DNA from: an uncultured Bacteroides sp.
Lineage (GTDB): Bacteria > Bacteroidota > Bacteroidia > Bacteroidales > GCA-2748055
Length of the DNA: 64,000 nucleotides
Assembly: GCA_964601975.1 (NCBI GenBank)
Contig: CAZRPW010000009.1
Span: forward strand, 2,224 to 66,223
Direction: 5' to 3'
Shown: positions 9,539-18,706 of the stretch, piece after piece
Position numbering within the stretch: the first letter of the stretch is position 1
Layout of the letters: each line of letters opens with the position of its first letter
Program-made: the position numbers and the translations under genes
Notes under the pieces: generated by a model
What the model was told of the DNA's origin: nothing
The model's input: only the letters and a program-made list of their open reading frames with translations
The model's database searches: none

Positions 9539-11652
9539 TATCCTTCTTTAATACTCATATTCAATCTCACTTCCATTCCTTTGCTGATCCTGGCGCCAGC
9601 CTGTACCGACTGCTGGCGCACGGTTCCGCGACCATTCACAACGACCCTGATCCCATGACTCTCCAAAAGGTAAAGGGCATCCTTCAGCCCCATATCCACC
9701 ACATTCGGCACCAGGGCGTCTGGAATCGTGCGCTCCCTGAGAATCATGGTCTCCGGAGTGCTTTTTGTGGATACCCACCAGCCCAGCTCCTCGCCCGACT
9801 GAATGGGGAGACCCAGGTGACTGTATGTATTTTCAAGAGGCACGCGCATTCCACTTTTGGAATAGGGAACCTGTACCCCGTTCTGCGCCAGCTCAGGACT
9901 GTTATCGTGCATTTCATATTCCCGCACATAGATCCGGTCGGTAACCGACCGGAAAATGGGGCCAGCTACCAGGTTCCCGTAATAGATATGCTTGGATGGT
10001 GCATTCACCACAACGATGCAGGAATACTTGGGTTTGTCGGCTGGAAAATAGCCCACAAAGGAAGCCTGGTAGAGCGACTTGGTATAACCCTCCTTGCTGA
10101 GAGAAACCTGGGCAGTTCCGGTTTTCCCGGCAATCTGGTAGTGCGAATTGGACAGGTTCCGCGCTGTGCCATTATTTACAACCCCCTCCATCATCGACCT
10201 AACCTGGCCCAGAGTCTCCTTTGAGCAGATATGGCTGTTCAGTACTTCGGGATGAAGCTTCCTGACCACTTTCCCGTGGGAACGCAGCTCCTCAACAAAC
10301 ATGGGCTTCATCATGGTTCCATTGTTGGCAATTGCGTTGTAGAAAGCCAGAATCTGCAGGGGGGTCATACGCACCTCGTATCCAATAGACATCATCGGAA
10401 GAGAAACACCCGACCAATACTCGCTGTCGGTATATTTTATATCAGGCTTTCCTTCACCCCGAATCCCGATATCCAGTTTCCGGTTAAGTCCCATCTCATA
10501 GAGGCGATCCACAAAATGTTCCGGCTTCGACTTGTAATTTTCATTTACCAGCATGGAAATCCCCACGTTGGAGGAGGCCTCGAAGGCGCGTTGCACGGTA
10601 ATCTTACCAAGTCCTTCATCCCCGCTATCCTCCATCCGGTGATTATAATAGTAGGTAACGCCATCACCCACATCCACAATGTCATCGGGTTTCACATAAC
10701 CATCCTCGAGCAGGGCAATCATCGAAGCCAGCTTAAAGGTGGAACCCGGTTCGGTACTTTCTCCAATGGCATAGTTGTAATCCTCACTGTAAGTGCCATT
10801 CTTACCCAGGGCCAGGTTGGCTATGGCCCTGACTTTCCCTGTTTCAACTTCCATGAGAACCACTGTTCCATGATCGGCCCCATGCCTGAGAAGCTGGGTA
10901 TGCAGGGCATCCTGCGCCACATCCTGAAGATCCACATCAATGGTGGTCACCACGTCATAACCGTCTTCCGGTTCAATTTCATTTGCATCGCTGATAGGCA
11001 TCCAAATATCGCCCCTGATCTTTCTCATGAGCCGGTAACCCTCAACTCCCTTCAGATCGGATTCATATGCGCCCTCTATTCCCACAACACTTCGGAGATT
11101 CCCGCTCATTGTATAACCTACCGTTCTGGCTGCTAACATCCCATAGGGCCTAACCCGCTTGTTGGACTGAACATAAAGGACGCCTGCTTTGAAACGGCCC
11201 AGTCTGTATATGGGAAATTGTTTTACTTTTTGGAGCTGGGTATAGCTCACATTTCTTTTGACAAGGTAGTAGCGCTCACCCTTCTGGCGTGCTCTCACCA
11301 GATCCCTTTTGTAGGTTGACCAGTGCCGGTCGCCGAAAAGACTGGACAGCGCTTTTGAGAGTCCGTCAACCCCGTCATAGAAAATCTCATCGGTGAACGA
11401 TTCGGATTTAAAGTCCATCCGGATTTCATAATATGGCACATCCACTGCCAGCAAACGATTATCGGACGAGTAGATATTGCCCCGGTTGGGTTCAATCACC
11501 TTATGGCGCACGGTACTGTTCTCCTCCTGAGCCCACTGATCCTTCTCAAAAAACTGCAGATGCAGAGCCTTGCCAAAAATAAGCAAGCCCATCACCAGCA
11601 TCAGGATGTAGACCAGTGAAGCACGAATCAGTATGTCCCGCTTTAACGACAT
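9538..11652 (-). CDS. ftsI: Penicillin-binding protein 3 / FtsI transpeptidase with a C-terminal PASTA-like domain
   Basis: 704 aa with an N-terminal TM helix. It has SxxK (GSTFK), SxN (ASSNVG) and KTG (GKTGTA) motifs. The C-terminal segment VPNVVDMGLKDALYLLESHGIRVVVNG is PASTA-like. Confidence 0.9.
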   Translation of the reverse strand: MSLKRDILIRASLVYILMLVMGLLIFGKALHLQFFEKDQWAQEENSTVRHKVIEPNRGNIYSSDNRLLAVDVPYYEIRMDFKSESFTDEIFYDGVDGLSKALSSLFGDRHWSTYKRDLVRARQKGERYYLVKRNVSYTQLQKVKQFPIYRLGRFKAGVLYVQSNKRVRPYGMLAARTVGYTMSGNLRSVVGIEGAYESDLKGVEGYRLMRKIRGDIWMPISDANEIEPEDGYDVVTTIDVDLQDVAQDALHTQLLRHGADHGTVVLMEVETGKVRAIANLALGKNGTYSEDYNYAIGESTEPGSTFKLASMIALLEDGYVKPDDIVDVGDGVTYYYNHRMEDSGDEGLGKITVQRAFEASSNVGISMLVNENYKSKPEHFVDRLYEMGLNRKLDIGIRGEGKPDIKYTDSEYWSGVSLPMMSIGYEVRMTPLQILAFYNAIANNGTMMKPMFVEELRSHGKVVRKLHPEVLNSHICSKETLGQVRSMMEGVVNNGTARNLSNSHYQIAGKTGTAQVSLSKEGYTKSLYQASFVGYFPADKPKYSCIVVVNAPSKHIYYGNLVAGPIFRSVTDRIYVREYEMHDNSPELAQNGVQVPYSKSGMRVPLENTYSHLGLPIQSGEELGWWVSTKSTPETMILRERTIPDALVPNVVDMGLKDALYLLESHGIRVVVNGRGTVRQQSVQAGARISKGMEVRLNMSIKEG

Positions 11653-11653
11653 A

Positions 11654-12034
11654 TTACTCCTCTGTATTAATCAGTTTCTTAGGTGGTTCCAGATTCTCTT
11701 CAAGCCCCAATTCATACCTGTTCACCAACCTTACAACTTCGCTTTGCCGGCTAATCCTTACCAGGTCAGATGATATCGTAATGGACTGGGACCTCAGTTC
11801 TTTCACATCCCCCTGCAAACGATTTAGCCTGATTACCGTTTTCTCGGCATGGTTCCTGTTGGCAATGGAGAGAAAAGCAAGCATTACCAGCAGGAATATG
11901 AAACGGGATTGCTTAGCCACCGCTTTCCGCGTCAGCACGTTCCCATCCAGCAGGTCACGCAGGGAAAAGGACTTCCCGCCCTCTTCCAGGGAGGTGTCAA
12001 ATTCAACGTTCTTATGCTTATGCTCCTTTGTCAT
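11654..12034 (-). CDS. FtsL-like small bitopic cell-division protein
   Basis: 126 aa with one TM helix (FIFLLVMLAFLSIA) followed by a coiled-coil-like region. It sits between rsmH and ftsI, with a 17-nt overlap with rsmH. Confidence 0.55.
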   Translation of the reverse strand: MTKEHKHKNVEFDTSLEEGGKSFSLRDLLDGNVLTRKAVAKQSRFIFLLVMLAFLSIANRNHAEKTVIRLNRLQGDVKELRSQSITISSDLVRISRQSEVVRLVNRYELGLEENLEPPKKLINTEE

Positions 12035-12935
12035 TCTCTACTCTTTCTGCAATTCTCAATTTCGCACTCCTGGCCCGGTTGTTCACCTCCAGCTCCTCAG
12101 CAGACGGGGTAATCACACTGCGGTTTATCAGTTTCCAGGGTGTCTGGGGACGACCATAAAAATCCTTTTCTATCCTACCCTCAAGATTCCCTGAACGCAT
12201 AAAATTTTTAACCAGGCGATCCTCAATGGAATGGTAGGTGATCACCACAAGCCTTCCACCAGGCACAAGTGCTTCAGTGGTCTGTAACAACATCTCCTTC
12301 AAAGCATCCATCTCGGCATTCACCTCAATGCGAAGGGCCTGGTATACCTTAGCCAAAAATTTACTGGGCTTTCCCTTGGGGATAAAATTCAGAAGCGCCT
12401 CCTCCAGATCAAGCGTGGAGGCAAGAGGCTGCTTCTTCCTTGCATGATCCACCGCATTGGCCAGGGCCCAGGCATTCCCAATCTCCCCCCAGTTCCTGAA
12501 AACCGCAGTCAGATCCTGAACCGTATAAGTATTCAGAACCATGGCCGCTGTAGTAAGACCACGCACATCCATGCGCATGTCCAAACCGGCATCCGATTTA
12601 AACGAGAACCCTCTTTCAGGAATATCAATCTGATGAGATGAGATACCCAGGTCTGCCAGTATTCCGTCTGCCTTATCAATGGCATGGTATCTCAGGTAAT
12701 TTCTTAAATATCTGAAGTTTGATCCGACAAAGGTTACCCGCTTATCCTCCGGAACATTGGCAAAAGCATCCTGATCCTGGTCAAATGCCACCAGCCTTCC
12801 TTTTCTGCCCAATTTTTTAAGAACTTCGAGGGAGTGCCCCCCTCCACCAAAGGTCAGATCGATGTAAATGCCCCCTGGTCTAATATTTAACCCTTCAATG
12901 CATTCATGCAAAAGTGCCGGCCTGTGGTAGCCCAT
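12018..12935 (-). CDS. rsmH: 16S rRNA (cytosine1402-N4)-methyltransferase
   Basis: 305 aa with DLTFGGGGHS and DLGISSHQID motifs. It is the second gene of the dcw cluster. Confidence 0.95.
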   Translation of the reverse strand: MGYHRPALLHECIEGLNIRPGGIYIDLTFGGGGHSLEVLKKLGRKGRLVAFDQDQDAFANVPEDKRVTFVGSNFRYLRNYLRYHAIDKADGILADLGISSHQIDIPERGFSFKSDAGLDMRMDVRGLTTAAMVLNTYTVQDLTAVFRNWGEIGNAWALANAVDHARKKQPLASTLDLEEALLNFIPKGKPSKFLAKVYQALRIEVNAEMDALKEMLLQTTEALVPGGRLVVITYHSIEDRLVKNFMRSGNLEGRIEKDFYGRPQTPWKLINRSVITPSAEELEVNNRARSAKLRIAERVENDKGA

Positions 12936-13402
12936 TATGTATCCGGTTCGTCAAAAGTTCCTCCTAAAATTTTCTCAGCCATAGCCGCAAAGTCCTCATC
13001 GACACCACTAACACCATCATACTTCTCCGACGCCCAGATCTCAATCTTTCCCGATTGTCCGGCCATCACCACTTCAGCATCTATCTCAGCATACTCCTGC
13101 AATCTTTTAGGAATCAGCATCCGGTTATTGGCATCAAGGGAGACCTCTGCTGTACCAGAGAAAAACATCCTCAGAAATCGTGCATGCTCCTTGTTGTAAG
13201 GATTGGTACGCGCCCGGATGATCTTATTCTGGCGCTCCCACTCCTCCATGGGGTACATGATCAGACATGGCTCAAATACATCCCGCTTCAGAACAAAACC
13301 ATCCTGAAGAGCCTCCCTGATCTGCTTCTTAAAAGCAGCAGGAAAGGAAAGCCTTCCTTTCGGGTCAAGTCTGACTGTATAATCTCCAATGAAAGTTGTC
13401 AT
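12935..13402 (-). CDS. mraZ: Transcriptional regulator MraZ
   Basis: 155 aa with two SpoVT/AbrB-like halves, each with a DxxxR motif (LDPKGRLSFP, LDANNRMLIP). It is the first gene of the cluster. Confidence 0.95.
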   Translation of the reverse strand: MTTFIGDYTVRLDPKGRLSFPAAFKKQIREALQDGFVLKRDVFEPCLIMYPMEEWERQNKIIRARTNPYNKEHARFLRMFFSGTAEVSLDANNRMLIPKRLQEYAEIDAEVVMAGQSGKIEIWASEKYDGVSGVDEDFAAMAEKILGGTFDEPDT

Positions 13403-13442
13403 AGAGTTTCTGCGGGTTTAAACGTAAAAATAGTACTTTTTC

Positions 13443-13480
13443 ACCACTTTACTCCATTCTACCCCACTTTTTCCCACTTT
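13443..13480 (-). promoter_or_regulatory. Putative MraZ operator: four direct-repeat boxes with exact 10-bp phasing
   Basis: The coding strand upstream of mraZ reads AAAGTGGG-aa-AAAGTGGG-gt-AGAATGGA-gt-AAAGTGGT. On the + strand the boxes start at 13473, 13463, 13453 and 13443. They lie 41-78 nt upstream of the mraZ ATG. Confidence 0.55.
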
Positions 13481-13537
13481 GTTAATAACTTTTGAACGAT
13501 GGTAGCAGGGAATTTTTTAATACTTTTGTGATTCATC

Positions 13538-14407
13538 ATGGATGAAGCAACACATAAAAAGAACTACAAACCCATCACTCTACGTGATATGTTTATGGAT
13601 AAAAATCCTAAACTTGGGAGATGGATACCCGGCTTTGTATTTCGCATTCTGTCAAAAATGTTGAGGATAGATTTCTTTAACTATCCCCTTCTTTATGAGC
13701 ATGGATATAAGAAAGATGTAGACTTTGCGAGGGCCTCGAAAAAGACTTTTAATGTTACAGTTGATGTACGGGGACGCGAGCACCTGGTGAAGGATGGACG
13801 ATTCATTTTCGCCTCGAATCATCCCCTGGGAGGTTTTGACGGCATGATCATCATGGTGGAGATAGGAGACATCTACCCTCACATGAAAGTACTTGTAAAT
13901 GACCTGCTTGCCAAGGTGGATAACATGGATGGCACCTTTGTTCCCGTCAACAAACACGGGGCTTTGGGAACAGAAAACGTGAGACGTATTAATGCCATTT
14001 TTGAATCCGATGAGCAGGTGATTACATTCCCGGCAGGACTGGTTTCGAGACGAAAAAAAGGATTAATCAGGGACCCTGAATGGCAAAAGAGCATCATCGT
14101 CAAGGCTAAGTCGAGCAAACGTGACATCATCCCCATACACGTATCTGGCAGGTGCTCTAACTTCTTTTACAATCTGTCGAATTTCAGGAAATTCCTGGGC
14201 ATCAAAGCCAACCTGGAGATGTTTTTCCTCCCTAATGAAACTTATAAACACAGGAACAAACATTATACACTAACTTTTGGGAAACCCATCCCCTATAATA
14301 CCTTTGACAAACGCTTCACTCCCATAGAGTGGGCCCAACTTGTGAAAGATCATGTATATATAATCGCTGAAGACCCGGAAAGGGAATTCAGTTATATTCG
14401 AAATTAA
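13538..14407 (+). CDS. Lysolipid O-acyltransferase of the PlsC/LPLAT family (GlsA/OlsA-like)
   Basis: 289 aa with an acyltransferase histidine/aspartate block (FASNHPLGGFDG) and ITFPAGLVSRR. It sits directly upstream of an OlsB/GlsB-like N-acyltransferase. Confidence 0.7.
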   Translation: MDEATHKKNYKPITLRDMFMDKNPKLGRWIPGFVFRILSKMLRIDFFNYPLLYEHGYKKDVDFARASKKTFNVTVDVRGREHLVKDGRFIFASNHPLGGFDGMIIMVEIGDIYPHMKVLVNDLLAKVDNMDGTFVPVNKHGALGTENVRRINAIFESDEQVITFPAGLVSRRKKGLIRDPEWQKSIIVKAKSSKRDIIPIHVSGRCSNFFYNLSNFRKFLGIKANLEMFFLPNETYKHRNKHYTLTFGKPIPYNTFDKRFTPIEWAQLVKDHVYIIAEDPEREFSYIRN

Positions 14408-14418
14408 AGTCCATAGCC

Positions 14419-15441
14419 ATGTCCATGAAGGATATTATACCTCCTGTACCCCTTGAAGCACTTAAAGACGAGCTGACCCAGGAAAGATTTATCAGGAAAA
14501 CCAATAAGGCCGGTAATAAAATCTACATCGTAAATGCCGCCAACTCCCCGAACACCATGAGGGAAATTGGAAGGCTCAGGGAACTCGCTTTCCGGCATGC
14601 GGGGGGTGGTACCGGGCTGGAATGCGACCTGGACGGATACGACACCGGGGAGGATTCTTATCAGCAGCTGATCGTATGGGATCCTGAGGAACAAGCCATC
14701 CTTGGGGGCTACCGCTTTATTCTCTGTGATTCTAACCGATGCATCAAGGACGGGAAACCGCACCTGGCCACATCCAAATTGTTTGATTTTTCCGACGAAT
14801 TCATTTCCGACTACCTGCCCCACATGATAGAGCTTGGCCGTTCATTTGTGCAGCCCAAGTATCAGTCAACCCAGCTTCGTCGCAAAGGCCTTTATGCCCT
14901 GGATAACTTATGGGACGGATTGGGGACTCTGACACTTGACTATCCCGATAAGAAATATATGTTTGGGAAGGTTACCATGTACCTGCACTACCACCAGATG
15001 GCCCGCGACATGATACTTTTCTTCCTGAACAAGCATTTCCCGGACCATGACGGGCTTGTGATCCCAAAAAATCCGCTGCAAATGGTCACCGACAGGGCCA
15101 GGCTTACTGCTGTTTTTACAGGACAGGATTACTCGGAGGATTACAAGATTCTATCCAAAGAGGTAAGGGCGCTCGGGGAAAATATCCCACCGCTGATTAA
15201 TGCCTACATGAACCTGTCGCCATCTATGAAAACCTTTGGAACTGTATTAAACCAGGGTTTTGGCGATGTAGAGGAAACCGGGATTATGATTACCCTGAAT
15301 GATCTTTACAAAGCCAAGATCGAGCGGCATGTAATGAATTATGTGCCCAAGCAGCTTTTGAAGATCAAGAACCTCCGGCGGCGCGACCTGAAACTCAAAC
15401 GCCTTACGAAAAGATTCCACTCTAATAGGCACGGGAATTAA
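14419..15441 (+). CDS. GNAT-fold N-acyl amino acid synthase (OlsB/GlsB-like, often annotated as hemolysin-like)
   Basis: 340 aa. The REIGRLRELAFRHAGGGTGLECDLDGYD and ELGRSFV blocks are typical of amino-acid N-acyltransferases that make aminolipids. It is paired with the O-acyltransferase. Confidence 0.65.
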   Translation: MSMKDIIPPVPLEALKDELTQERFIRKTNKAGNKIYIVNAANSPNTMREIGRLRELAFRHAGGGTGLECDLDGYDTGEDSYQQLIVWDPEEQAILGGYRFILCDSNRCIKDGKPHLATSKLFDFSDEFISDYLPHMIELGRSFVQPKYQSTQLRRKGLYALDNLWDGLGTLTLDYPDKKYMFGKVTMYLHYHQMARDMILFFLNKHFPDHDGLVIPKNPLQMVTDRARLTAVFTGQDYSEDYKILSKEVRALGENIPPLINAYMNLSPSMKTFGTVLNQGFGDVEETGIMITLNDLYKAKIERHVMNYVPKQLLKIKNLRRRDLKLKRLTKRFHSNRHGN

Positions 15442-17323
15442 CCCCGTGGATGTAGTTCAGGAATGATGTACTTACGACCTTATTCCCTCCCGGGGTGGGA
15501 TAGTTGCCTGTGAAATACCAGTCACCCTTGTCGTTCGGTACAGCTTTATGAAGATTTTCTATACTCTGGTATACAATCCTGACCTCGGCCTTAATATCTG
15601 AATCGGTAAGCATTTCACCAATCTTCCTGCTGATTTGCTCATCGCTAAAGGGCTTGTATATGTCCTTTACATAATTTACATACTCCTCCTTTGGCAGGTC
15701 CTTCTGCATATCGCATTTCTTATAGACTTCGTTGATCACATGCTCCATCTCATTCTCCTTAAGTAGCGCAATGGCAGCCTGGAAAGCAATAAAATCACCC
15801 AGCTTGGCCATATCAATACCATAGCAATCGGGGTACCTGATCTGGGGAGAGGAGGAGACCACCACAATTTTCACGGGATCCAACCTGTCGAGAATTTTGA
15901 TAATACTCTGTTTCAGGGTGGTTCCCCTGACAATGCTGTCATCAATGATCACCAGGTTATCCTTGCCACGCCTCAGCGATCCATAGGTAACATCGTATAC
16001 ATGGCTCACCATGTCTTTACGCCCCTTGTCCTGCGAGATAAAAGTTCTCAGCTTCAAGTCCTTAATAGCCACCTTCTCAATTCGGGCCCGCTCGGTCATT
16101 ATCTTCAGCACCTCCTCCTGGTCGCAACTCCCATTCAGTTTCTTAAGCTTCTCAAACTTTTGAAGAATCGTATGGTCCTCTACCCCTTTTACCATTCCAT
16201 AAAAAGCCGACTCGGCTGTATTTGGAATGAAGGAAAATACTGTATTGTCCACATCATTGTTGATGGCTTTCAGAATACCAGGAACCAGAAGTTCTCCCAA
16301 TTTTTTTCGCTCACGATAGATCTCACGGTCCGAACCCCTTGAAAAATAGATCCTCTCGAAAGAACAGGATTTTTTCTCCTCCTCTTTCCTGATTCGATCA
16401 AGTCTAATTTCACCATCTTTCTTAATCACAAGGGCGTGGCCTGCTGGTAATTCATTGACCTCATCAAATTTCAGGTTCATAGCAGTTTGAATCACCGGCC
16501 TTTCTGAGGTTACAATTACAATTTCATCATCATGGTAATAGTAGGCTGGCCTGATACCCCAGGGATCGCGCATGGCGAACATATCTCCATGCCCCATCAT
16601 TCCTGCGACCGTATAACCCCCATCCCAGTATTTACTTGCTTCTCCCAAAACTTTCCCCACATCCAAACGTTTACCTATCCGGTCTGTAATATCACGATTG
16701 GTATATCCCAGCAATTTGAATTCATCGAATAATTTCTGATTCTCATTATCCAGAAAATGCCCTACCTTCTCGAGCATCGTGACCGTATCAGTGTAGTCCT
16801 TTGGATACTGGCCAAGATCCACCAGTCTGGCGAACAGTTCATCCACATTGGTCAGATTGAAGTTGCCTGCAAGCACCAGGTTCCGGGTCTTCCAGTTGTT
16901 CTGCCTCATAACCGGATGAAGATTATCTATAGAGTTGGAGCCAAAAGTTCCGTAACGCAGGTGACCCAGGTAGGCCTCTGCAACAAAGGGCAGGTGCATC
17001 TTGGCCCACTGTGGGTCATTGAAAGCCTTTGGATGCTTACGTTCAGCCTTGGCATAATCCTTATAAACCTTACGGAAGATCTCGTTGATTGCACTTGATC
17101 CGGTTTCCCTTTGCCGACTAAAATATTTCATACCCGGAGGGGTATCCAGTTTCAGGCTTACTACCCCGGCCCCGTCCTGACCTCTGTTTCTCTGCTTCTC
17201 CATCAGCAGGTACAACTTTTCCAAGCCGTACCTCCACGATCCATGGGTCAGCTGGTAATGCTCCAGGGGCTTAAGTAGCCGCACCATTGCAATACCGCAT
17301 TTATGCTTAATTCCGTCGGTCAT
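15422..17323 (-). CDS. purF: Amidophosphoribosyltransferase (long Bacteroidota form)
   Basis: 633 aa with an Ntn-type N-terminal Cys context (HKCGIAMV) and a PRPP loop (LVIIDDSIVRGTT). Its 3' end overlaps the convergent upstream gene by 20 nt. Confidence 0.9.
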   Translation of the reverse strand: MTDGIKHKCGIAMVRLLKPLEHYQLTHGSWRYGLEKLYLLMEKQRNRGQDGAGVVSLKLDTPPGMKYFSRQRETGSSAINEIFRKVYKDYAKAERKHPKAFNDPQWAKMHLPFVAEAYLGHLRYGTFGSNSIDNLHPVMRQNNWKTRNLVLAGNFNLTNVDELFARLVDLGQYPKDYTDTVTMLEKVGHFLDNENQKLFDEFKLLGYTNRDITDRIGKRLDVGKVLGEASKYWDGGYTVAGMMGHGDMFAMRDPWGIRPAYYYHDDEIVIVTSERPVIQTAMNLKFDEVNELPAGHALVIKKDGEIRLDRIRKEEEKKSCSFERIYFSRGSDREIYRERKKLGELLVPGILKAINNDVDNTVFSFIPNTAESAFYGMVKGVEDHTILQKFEKLKKLNGSCDQEEVLKIMTERARIEKVAIKDLKLRTFISQDKGRKDMVSHVYDVTYGSLRRGKDNLVIIDDSIVRGTTLKQSIIKILDRLDPVKIVVVSSSPQIRYPDCYGIDMAKLGDFIAFQAAIALLKENEMEHVINEVYKKCDMQKDLPKEEYVNYVKDIYKPFSDEQISRKIGEMLTDSDIKAEVRIVYQSIENLHKAVPNDKGDWYFTGNYPTPGGNKVVSTSFLNYIHGVNSRAY

Positions 17324-17766
17324 TGAATGTTTATAAAATCCTCGACGAGGATTGGATTGGGAAATTTATTATCGATAAGGTCCTTTAATTTTATGGCCTC
17401 ACTACGTGTTCGGCAATCACCCACATACACCTTGAAGTAGGGCTCATCATAATCATCATAGGCATCAATCTCGGGGAAACTTGACAGAAACCTGGCTCTT
17501 TCACGTTGCTGCTTTTCCCGGGCTCCAACTCCACTCTCGGAATAGATTCGAATCCGGTAGCCGGGAATGCCTTTCACATCAATATTTTTCAATAATAGCT
17601 TATAGTAATTGGCTTCAAGAAGAGAATCGAGTATGATCTCAACCTGGCCCTGGCCTCCATCCTTCAAGCGCGCCAGAACATCCTCTTCGGATCCCGACTG
17701 AGCAAAGGTTAATGAAGCCGTCAGAAGAAGACTTCCGAAAAAAAGAATATAGGATTTCATGAGCAC
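17320..17766 (-). CDS. SPOR-domain protein (secreted)
   Basis: 148 aa with a signal peptide. The C-terminal GYRIRIYSESGVGAREKQ...YFKVYVGDCRTRSEAIKLKDLI resembles a SPOR peptidoglycan-binding fold. Confidence 0.65.
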   Translation of the reverse strand: MLMKSYILFFGSLLLTASLTFAQSGSEEDVLARLKDGGQGQVEIILDSLLEANYYKLLLKNIDVKGIPGYRIRIYSESGVGAREKQQRERARFLSSFPEIDAYDDYDEPYFKVYVGDCRTRSEAIKLKDLIDNKFPNPILVEDFINIQ

Positions 17767-17829
17767 CTTGTTCCCTGATTTTGCACCACAAAATTAATCA
17801 AATTTGCATAAAATGATTAATTTCACTCT

Positions 17830-18528
17830 ATGCAGAAAAAAAAAGGCAGAGGAGGAAGGCGCAATGAAGTAACAACCGGGCTTTTACTGATTCTATTAGC
17901 CACTTCCTATGTAGCTTCTTTACTGCTGGATTTCAAATTTGTAAGCCCCTATGCCACCCTGCAGGAAGATCTAAGCTACCTCACAGAGCATATTTTAAGT
18001 CAGAAATTAAGCTCCATTGCCTGGCTGATCACAGCCCTGACCACAGCCCTGACGGCACCCTTTTACTTCTTTCTTTTCAGGAAGAAGCTCAAAATGATAC
18101 CCTACCTGAATACACTTTTCATGCTCTGCGCCTCAACGGGCTTCCTGCTTATGTCCCTCAGCGGACTGGGACTCCACAGGGAGATTTCAGGACTTCTCAC
18201 TGAAAGCATTGAATTAAGCGGAGATCAAATGAAATTGCAATTGCTTGATCAATTCAGAAAAGAGCAGTTTTACCGGCTTGTGGGAAGTAGTTTCGTAGGG
18301 GCATGGTCCCTGGGCTTAAGCCTGAGCAGATTCCGGATTCCACGCTTCCCCCTGGTCTCAAGCATCCTATTGATGATATCCGGACCTGCACTTATCTTCT
18401 TCAACTGGTATGAACCCGAGCACCTGGGGCATACGGGGGCTATGGCTGGCATTATTGTAGGCGTCGCAGTATTTTGTGTGCGCCTTATCAATAAAGGATT
18501 GGCCACTTACACAAACAACCCGGGATAG
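17830..18528 (+). CDS. Hypothetical polytopic membrane protein
   Basis: 232 aa with several hydrophobic helices. I recognise no motif. Confidence 0.45.
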   Translation: MQKKKGRGGRRNEVTTGLLLILLATSYVASLLLDFKFVSPYATLQEDLSYLTEHILSQKLSSIAWLITALTTALTAPFYFFLFRKKLKMIPYLNTLFMLCASTGFLLMSLSGLGLHREISGLLTESIELSGDQMKLQLLDQFRKEQFYRLVGSSFVGAWSLGLSLSRFRIPRFPLVSSILLMISGPALIFFNWYEPEHLGHTGAMAGIIVGVAVFCVRLINKGLATYTNNPG

Positions 18529-18706
18529 CCATCCACCATTTGTTGCTCCTTCGTTTCATTTGTTAAAAAGCGTCTTTTCCATCCATAGGCTTAGATCCTG
18601 TTATACTGATTGTTGCGTTTTTTGTTTAACTTTAATATGTTAAATATTAAACATTATTCATTGGTTTTTGTTTAAGTTTTGAATAAATTAATTAAACACA
18701 TTCATC

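Noticed and set aside
10231-11136. A 301-aa + strand ORF antisense to ftsI. Similar + ORFs lie over ftsA (93..860), mraY (7514..8098) and others.
   Set aside because: The explanation is the same codon-complementary shadow-frame effect: 10231 and the ftsI triplet grid share a phase. The opposite strand encodes unmistakable conserved proteins.
1-13402. The dcw cluster lacks murF and ddl. Could this be a deletion or anomaly?
   Set aside because: To my knowledge, absence of murF and ddl from the dcw cluster is the normal arrangement in Bacteroidota. All junctions are tight, with no scar sequence.
15422-15441. Convergent genes overlap at their 3' ends: the N-acyltransferase and purF by 20 nt, and tadA and aroA at 57285-57288 by 4 nt.
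   Set aside because: Short convergent overlaps are common in compact bacterial genomes. No additional structure or signal is visible there.
17836-17844. An A9 run at codons 3-5 of the membrane-protein gene at 17830..18528, as a possible phase-variation tract.
   Set aside because: It encodes the Lys-Lys-Lys of a typical positively charged N-terminus and is shorter than the T10 tract. There is no supporting evidence, so I left it as a note only.
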